In this document: one piece after another, positions 26,512 to 32,000 of the stretch
Layout of the letters: every line of letters begins with the position of its first letter
Numbering within the stretch: position 1 is the first letter of the stretch
NCBI GenBank assembly: GCA_963699255.1
Contig: OY969425.1
Location: 240,001-272,000 of the forward strand
DNA from: an uncultured bacterium
Lineage (GTDB): Bacteria > Margulisbacteria > WOR-1 > CAVSGV01
Length of the DNA: 32,000 nucleotides
Direction: 5' to 3'
Program-made: the position numbers and the translations under genes
Notes under the pieces: generated by a model
Databases searched by the model: none
What the model was told of the DNA's origin: nothing
What the model saw: the letters and a program-made list of their open reading frames with translations, nothing else

Positions 26512-26888
26512 TTTTCCGCGGATCCTCTGACTGACGGTTTTGTTCGCTGATTGTCCGCCGCTTGCCTTATAATGGGCAGGGAAGCCCGAAGGCCATTGGC
26601 GGAAGCTTTTTCAGAGGCGGATGCCTTACGAAGGCGGGTTTCCTCCATTTTCTTGTCAATGTATACGCCCGCTACGGAAAGAGCCTGTCTGCGGAGGTCG
26701 GGATTTGAAACTACAACATCTGCTATCTTTGATACCATCTTGCCAAACCCCGAACTTAGAGCGAATTCTGCGCCGTATTCGACTTCGAGAGCCGATTTAA
26801 CGATGCCCTCGACCAGCTCTTTCGCGGTGCTTCTGGGATCTATTTTTTCAAGCATTCTTGAATGGAATATTTCTATTTTTTCCGCCAT
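26508..26888 (-). CDS. Hypothetical protein in the flagellar cluster
   Basis: 126 aa ORF; helical N-terminal part (STAKELVEGIVKSALEVEYGAEFALSSGFGKMVSKIADVVVSNPDLRRQAL) and a low-complexity C-terminus. Confidence 0.6.
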   Translation of the reverse strand: MAEKIEIFHSRMLEKIDPRSTAKELVEGIVKSALEVEYGAEFALSSGFGKMVSKIADVVVSNPDLRRQALSVAGVYIDKKMEETRLRKASASEKASANGLRASLPIIRQAADNQRTKPSVRGSAEK

Positions 26889-26935
26889 AAGATTTTCACC
26901 ATACCTTTATCGTCCAAACCGTTCGATTATTTCAC

Positions 26936-29023
26936 TTATTCCAAAGAAACCATGCCTATCGATTGCACTTTTACCTGAGGAACTATCTCATTATATGATA
27001 GCACGGCCACGTCCGGAAAACTTCTTTCGATGAACCTTTTAAAATGGGGCCGAAGTCTTGGAGAACAAAGTATAACGGGAAGAAGCTTCATTCTTTTAAA
27101 GTTCTGAAGCTGAGAAGAGATCTGAACAAGTACGCGTTCCCCTACATTCGGGTCAAGCGCGAGGAAAGAGCCGTATTCAGACTGGTGAATAGCCCCGATC
27201 ATGACTTCTTCAAGGCTTGGGTCAATGGTCACAACGGTTATCACGCCTTCTTTATCCGTGTATGTTTCGCATATCTGTCTCGCGAGGGATTGTCTTACGT
27301 ATTCCGCAAGTATGTTTATGTCGCGGGACAGGTGAGCGTAATCGGCAAGCCTTTCAAGAATGGTGGAAAGGTCCCTTATTGAGACCCGCTCCCTTACGAG
27401 GAGCTGAAGGACTTTGTGGACCTGTCCCAGGGACAGCATGTCAGGGATCAGCTCCCTTACTATTGCCGCATTCGTGTTCTTGACGAGCTCGATCAATGAT
27501 TGGACGTTCTGTCTTGTCATTATTTCATCCGCGAATCGCTTGATTATCTCGGTGAAATGCTTTGCCATTACTTCCACTGTTTCTTCAGATTCTATGTTCT
27601 GCCTCGTAAGCTCTCCGGCCATGTCTTCGGGTACCCACACCACGGGATCGCCGGTAAGCGCATCTTTCAATTCAACCCCAGTGATATTCTTTTCCCTTAG
27701 CTCGGCGGCCGACATGTGCACGCATCTGTGGCCTATCATTGCTTCTCCTGTAGCGACCTTGGTGCCTCTTATTTCGAGCACATATTGATTTGGCGGAAGG
27801 GACAGGTCATCCATTACGCGCACTCCCGGGATGACAAAGCCGAGTTCCTGTCCGATCCTGTACCGGATGAGGGTTATTTTTTCAAGCAAAGGACCTTTTT
27901 GGGCGGGATCGATGAGGGGGATCAGGTTTCTGCCGGCCTTCAGGCTTAAAGGGTCAAGCCCTAAAGTGCCAAGAATGCTCTCCGGCTTTTTTAAGATATC
28001 TTTCGCGGAAACCTCTTCCGTTACCGTTTTTAGTTCTTCTTTTTTCTCTTTTGTTTGCAGTAGAACCAGCGTGAGAATGGCAGAGCCGACGGCGAGGGAC
28101 ATGAATGGGATCGTGGGAAGTCCCGGGATCACCGCAAAGAACCCGAGTATCACTGAAACGAACGCGAAAGCCCTTGGCTGCGCGAATATCTGCGTTGCCA
28201 CATCCGTACCCAGGCTCATCTCCGATGCGGATTTGGTTATGACAAGACCTGTCGCTATGGCGATAAGCAGGGCAGGGACCTGAGTAACAAGTCCATCCCC
28301 TACGGTAAGTAATGCGTAAGTGGACAGAGCTTCCATGACCCCCATTCCATGCTGCAGCCAGCCTACAAGTATGCCTCCAATTATGTTGACCAGCACTATT
28401 ATTATTCCGGCTATGGAGTCTCCCCTGACGAACTTGTTGGCGCCGTCCATTGAACCGAAGAAAGTCGCTTCCTGTTCGATCTTCCTTCTGCGAGCCCTTG
28501 CTTCATTCGCGTCTATAAGCCCGGCGTTCAGGTCCGCATCGATGCTCATTTGTTTTCCCGGCATCGCGTCAAGAGTGAATCTGGCGGCGACCTCAGCGAC
28601 GCGCTCGGATCCTTTCGTTATGACCACGAACTGGACTATGGTAATGATCGTGAATATTATCGCTCCAACTACATAGTTGCCTCTGACGACGAAATTCCCG
28701 AAAGCGGTTATGACCTCTCCCGCGTTCGCCTGAAGAAGTATCAGGCGGGATGCCGCGATGTTAAGTGAAAGCCTGTATAGGGTTACAATAAGAAGGATCG
28801 AAGGAAAAGCCGCGAACTCAAGAGGTTCCTTAAGATACATCGCGACCAGCAGGATCGTAAGCGCAAAACCTATATTCAACGTTATCAATATGTCCAAGAT
28901 CTGCGTCGGGAGAGGAACGATCATCAGGGAGATAATGCAGATGAGAAGGACCGCTACAAGGAGATCCGCTAACGAGAAAAGGTTCCTTAAGCTTTTTAGA
29001 TCAATCGATATTGGGAAAGCCAT
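26936..29023 (-). CDS. flhA: Flagellar biosynthesis protein FlhA
   Basis: Multiple TM; GFALTILLVAMYLKEPLEFAAFPSILLIVTLYRLSLNIAASRLIL; RFTLDAMPGKQMSIDADLNAGLIDANEARARR (FHIPEP signature). Confidence 0.97.
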   Translation of the reverse strand: MAFPISIDLKSLRNLFSLADLLVAVLLICIISLMIVPLPTQILDILITLNIGFALTILLVAMYLKEPLEFAAFPSILLIVTLYRLSLNIAASRLILLQANAGEVITAFGNFVVRGNYVVGAIIFTIITIVQFVVITKGSERVAEVAARFTLDAMPGKQMSIDADLNAGLIDANEARARRRKIEQEATFFGSMDGANKFVRGDSIAGIIIVLVNIIGGILVGWLQHGMGVMEALSTYALLTVGDGLVTQVPALLIAIATGLVITKSASEMSLGTDVATQIFAQPRAFAFVSVILGFFAVIPGLPTIPFMSLAVGSAILTLVLLQTKEKKEELKTVTEEVSAKDILKKPESILGTLGLDPLSLKAGRNLIPLIDPAQKGPLLEKITLIRYRIGQELGFVIPGVRVMDDLSLPPNQYVLEIRGTKVATGEAMIGHRCVHMSAAELREKNITGVELKDALTGDPVVWVPEDMAGELTRQNIESEETVEVMAKHFTEIIKRFADEIMTRQNVQSLIELVKNTNAAIVRELIPDMLSLGQVHKVLQLLVRERVSIRDLSTILERLADYAHLSRDINILAEYVRQSLARQICETYTDKEGVITVVTIDPSLEEVMIGAIHQSEYGSFLALDPNVGERVLVQISSQLQNFKRMKLLPVILCSPRLRPHFKRFIERSFPDVAVLSYNEIVPQVKVQSIGMVSLE

Positions 29024-29032
29024 CTTGTGATA

Positions 29033-29060
29033 ATTTTATCAGGGATTGCCTATTATTCAA
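29033..29060 (-). promoter_or_regulatory. Candidate promoter for flhA
   Basis: On the minus strand: TTGAAT (29060-29055), 16 nt, TAAAAT (29038-29033), 9 nt before the ATG. Confidence 0.45.
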
Positions 29061-30196
29061 GGTTTTCTTGTCCCGTCCAAAGTGGCGGGACGAGCGCCGA
29101 CCAGAGGGCCAAGGTACGCTTTCAGCTTTTCAGTTCTTGTCTTTTTCAGTTTGTAAACATAAGCCAGGATCTCTGCGACGGCCTGGTATAGCTCCGCGGG
29201 GATCTGCTTGCCTACGTCCGTCGTTCTGTAAATGGACCTTGCAAGAGGCTCATTTTCCATGATGGGTATGTATGCGCCGTCGGCTATGCGTTTGATCTCT
29301 TCCGCAGCTTTTCTTTCTCCTTTTGCCAGTACTGTCGGGGCTTTCATCTTTGGGATCTCATACTTAAGTGCAACTGCTATATGCACTGGATTTGTGACGA
29401 CGACATCGGCTTGCGGGACGGCTGCCATCATTCTCTGGTAAGCGACCTGTCTCTGCAGCTCCCTCATGCGCTGTTTGATCATAGGATCCCCTTCAAGCCG
29501 TTTGTATTCCTCTTTTATTTCCTGCTTTGTCATCTTTAGGCCTCTCATGTATTCCCATCTTTTATAAAAGTAGTCCATCACGGCAATAGCTACATAGAAC
29601 AGTCCGACTCTTATGGCTACTTTGTAAGCGATAGAGCCTCCAAGGACAACGGCATCCCAGGGCTGGCTGTTGATCAATATGACGATGGAAGGAATGTCAT
29701 CTTTTACAGCGCCCCACATTATCCAGAATACTATCAGTATTTTTAGGATCGATTTTATGAGCTCCACGAATCCTTGAAGAGAAAACATTCTTTTGAAACC
29801 TTCGGCTGGAGATACTCTTTCTATCCTTGGCATCAGCGGGTCGAGAGAAAAAACGAAACCGGTTTGAAGCGCTTCGGCGACGAACGCCACGAAAAGGGTC
29901 AATCCGAAGATCGGTGCCACACTTAGCGCAAGACCCTGTATCCCGAGCAGCAAAATATACCCCGCGAATGGAAAGGAGAAATCGCCTGTATACGGGATCT
30001 GTGTAAGGATCGCTGTTGCCATGTTCGTAAGGTTGTTCCAGATAAATTCACCGGTATATCTGAAAAGCATATAGGAAGTGATCAAAAGAAGCGCGGTCGT
30101 TATTTCCTTGCTTTTCGCGATCTGTCCCTTTTCCCTGGCCTCGTGCAGCCTGTGAGGGGTAGGTTCCTCGGATTTTTCTCCAGCTTCCTCAGCCAA
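29057..30196 (-). CDS. flhB: Flagellar biosynthesis protein FlhB, with NPVH in place of NPTH
   Basis: EKSEEPTPHRLHEAREKGQIAKSKEI; VKMTKQEIKEEYK-type region; ADVVVTNPVHIAVALKYE. Confidence 0.95.
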   Translation of the reverse strand: MAEEAGEKSEEPTPHRLHEAREKGQIAKSKEITTALLLITSYMLFRYTGEFIWNNLTNMATAILTQIPYTGDFSFPFAGYILLLGIQGLALSVAPIFGLTLFVAFVAEALQTGFVFSLDPLMPRIERVSPAEGFKRMFSLQGFVELIKSILKILIVFWIMWGAVKDDIPSIVILINSQPWDAVVLGGSIAYKVAIRVGLFYVAIAVMDYFYKRWEYMRGLKMTKQEIKEEYKRLEGDPMIKQRMRELQRQVAYQRMMAAVPQADVVVTNPVHIAVALKYEIPKMKAPTVLAKGERKAAEEIKRIADGAYIPIMENEPLARSIYRTTDVGKQIPAELYQAVAEILAYVYKLKKTRTEKLKAYLGPLVGARPATLDGTRKP

Positions 30197-30199
30197 GCG

Positions 30200-30976
30200 T
30201 TACCTCCCGGAGAGCAGAACCAGTGTTCTTGCGATCTGGTTGCTCGTTTCTCCGATCAAATTCACCATATGCCCGATCAATAATGGGGACAGCAACATCA
30301 GTCCGAAAAGCCCAAGAGACGGCTTTACCTGGAATCCCAGCATGAAAACGTTCACCTGGGGTGCTACCCTGGAAACTATCCCGAAAGAAAAATCAGAAAG
30401 GAATATAAGAAGAAGCATCGGAGCGCAAAGCTGTATGGTGGTTATCCAGAACCAGGTAAGAAGACTAAGGATCTGAAAAAGCAGGTCCGGTTTTGTGAGG
30501 TCTATGAAGCTTATGATGGGGATCGCGACAAAGCTCTGATATATGGCGGATAATACAAGATGGTGCCCATTCACTATCAAAAAAACCACCAGCGCTATCA
30601 TATACATGAATGTGCCTGTTATGGATGATGCTGCCCCGGACGTGGGGGATAGGACATTTGCGACCGAGAGGCCCATCTGCATATCAAGTATATCTCCAGC
30701 TGCCTGGGCGGCCTGAAGGACTATCGAAGCCACGAAACCAATAATATATCCAATTAAAACCTCGACAAATAACGCGAGGACAAAAGTCACAAGGGAATCA
30801 GGAAGCATTCTGACCGGGACAACGAACCACATTATTGCTGAGAGCCAGATAGCCAGGCATGTTTTTACCATCATTGGTATGGATTTTGCGCTGAATACGG
30901 GAGCGTCAATGAAAAGTCCGGCGACCCGCGCAAGGATCAGGAGAAAGATCTCAATTTGAGGGAGTGATATGACCAT
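30200..30976 (-). CDS. fliR: Flagellar biosynthesis protein FliR
   Basis: Six TM; LARVAGLFIDAPVFSAKSIPMMVKTCLAIWLS; position between fliQ and flhB. Confidence 0.93.
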   Translation of the reverse strand: MVISLPQIEIFLLILARVAGLFIDAPVFSAKSIPMMVKTCLAIWLSAIMWFVVPVRMLPDSLVTFVLALFVEVLIGYIIGFVASIVLQAAQAAGDILDMQMGLSVANVLSPTSGAASSITGTFMYMIALVVFLIVNGHHLVLSAIYQSFVAIPIISFIDLTKPDLLFQILSLLTWFWITTIQLCAPMLLLIFLSDFSFGIVSRVAPQVNVFMLGFQVKPSLGLFGLMLLSPLLIGHMVNLIGETSNQIARTLVLLSGR

Positions 30977-30977
30977 T

Positions 30978-31247
30978 TTACCTTACCATTAACGGTATGT
31001 TCGACCAGAGAGTGACCGTAAAATCTATCAGGAGAGAAGCGATCCACGGCGCTGTCATGGCCACTATTCCCAGGACCGCGACAACTTTTGGCACGAAGGT
31101 GAGAGTTTGTTCCTGTATCTGCGTTACCGCCTGGAAAAGACTGATGGCAAAGCCAACTATCAATCCGATCCCAACGGCTGGCATTGAGATCAGCAGCGTC
31201 AATATCACACCATTATAAATTATCTGAACAGCAAAATCAGTGCTCAT
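30978..31247 (-). CDS. fliQ: Flagellar biosynthesis protein FliQ
   Basis: VGLIVGFAISLFQAVTQIQEQTLTFVPKVVAV, 89 aa, two TM. Confidence 0.95.
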   Translation of the reverse strand: MSTDFAVQIIYNGVILTLLISMPAVGIGLIVGFAISLFQAVTQIQEQTLTFVPKVVAVLGIVAMTAPWIASLLIDFTVTLWSNIPLMVR

Positions 31248-31951
31248 CTAAAGCTCATCAGCAATCCTTTTGTTATTAAATTCCATCCGTCTGAGAGCAC
31301 AAAAAGCAGTATCTTGAACGGCAGTGAGACCATGACGGGAGAGAGCATGAACATGCCCAGCGACAGGAGAATGTTCGATACGACAAGATCTATTATCACG
31401 AACGGGATGAACAGCAAAAAACCTATTTGAAAGGCGGTCTTTAGTTCCGATATCATAAATGCCGGGATAACGACATAGACAGGGATCTCGTTAACGGTTT
31501 TTGGAACCGGGATCTTTGCGAATTGCACAAAAAGCGCAAGATCGGCCGGCCTTGTTTGTCTTAACATGAATTGCTGGAAAGGCTTCATTCCTATTTCAAA
31601 GGCCTTCATCTGGGTGATCTGCCCTTTGTTATAGGGGACGATCGCGGTTTTGTTCACGGCTTCAAAGGTCGGAGCCATCGTATATATCGTCATGAACAGA
31701 GCAAGCCCTATAAGGATGGAATTGGGCGGGACCTGAGCAGTGCCGATCGCGGACCTTATCATTGATAATACTATGATGATCCTTAAGAAGGAAGTGATCG
31801 ACATAAGCAGGAATGGCAGTATCGAAATAACGGATATTGCCAGCAAGAGCTGGATGCTGTTGCTGAACGCCTGGGAGTTCATGACAGTTCCTATGTCCAG
31901 GTTGATCGGCCTTGGTGCGGCATAGGCAGAATCGATGGAAATCAAAAGCAT
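31244..31951 (-). CDS. fliP: Flagellar biosynthesis protein FliP (start possibly further upstream)
   Basis: ITSFLRIIIVLSMIRSAIGTAQVPPNSILIGLALFMTIYTM; PAFMISELKTAFQIGFLLFIPFVIIDLVVSNILLSLGM. Confidence 0.96.
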   Translation of the reverse strand: MLLISIDSAYAAPRPINLDIGTVMNSQAFSNSIQLLLAISVISILPFLLMSITSFLRIIIVLSMIRSAIGTAQVPPNSILIGLALFMTIYTMAPTFEAVNKTAIVPYNKGQITQMKAFEIGMKPFQQFMLRQTRPADLALFVQFAKIPVPKTVNEIPVYVVIPAFMISELKTAFQIGFLLFIPFVIIDLVVSNILLSLGMFMLSPVMVSLPFKILLFVLSDGWNLITKGLLMSFR

Positions 31952-32000
31952 GAAAACAGGGAAAAGTAACAGTGATCTTTTTGATATAAGCTTAAGAATG

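Noticed and set aside
1001-31925. Numerous 60-190 aa ORFs overlapping holA, scpA, alr, dnaX, fhs, dprA, flhA and others in alternative frames
   Set aside because: Each lies inside a well-supported gene in a different frame and has no recognisable motif; typical shadow ORFs of moderate-GC coding DNA.
1-32000. CRISPR array, toxin-antitoxin, restriction-modification, retron, prophage or biosynthetic cluster
   Set aside because: No regularly spaced direct repeats, reverse transcriptase, methyltransferase, nuclease or integrase found. Almost all sizable ORFs are housekeeping or flagellar, so I do not claim a novel system.

Overview
This looks like an ordinary chromosomal window from an uncultured Gram-negative-type bacterium, possibly an Omnitrophota-like lineage (my inference, not tested). 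Plus-strand housekeeping operons run to about 25.6 kb: TlpA-like/CcdA, two tRNA-Thr genes, MBL-fold hydrolase, holA, class B PBP, trpS, scpA/scpB, RodZ-like, queE, a DUF5679-like small protein, PHP, alr, dnaX-ybaB-recR, a four-subunit pyruvate/2-oxoacid:ferredoxin oxidoreductase, HU, an R3H/AAA ATPase, fhs, folE and dprA. A minus-strand flagellar export block follows: fliP-fliQ-fliR-flhB-flhA, two small unknown ORFs, and a FliA/WhiG-type sigma factor. I found no CRISPR array, transposase, phage module, or convincing new defence or biosynthetic system. The most notable signal is a scatter of small nested palindromic elements, each with a different sequence. At least four are intergenic. One hairpin lies inside queE and appears to split it into two frames. 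Another putative in-frame insertion lies in the MBL-fold gene. A second pattern is -10-like hexamers 6-11 nt upstream of start codons that lack a Shine-Dalgarno, suggesting leaderless or near-leaderless mRNAs. The remaining oddities are a split orphan gene at 21360-22150, an NPVH variant of the FlhB autocleavage motif, and two small unknown ORFs between flhA and the sigma factor.
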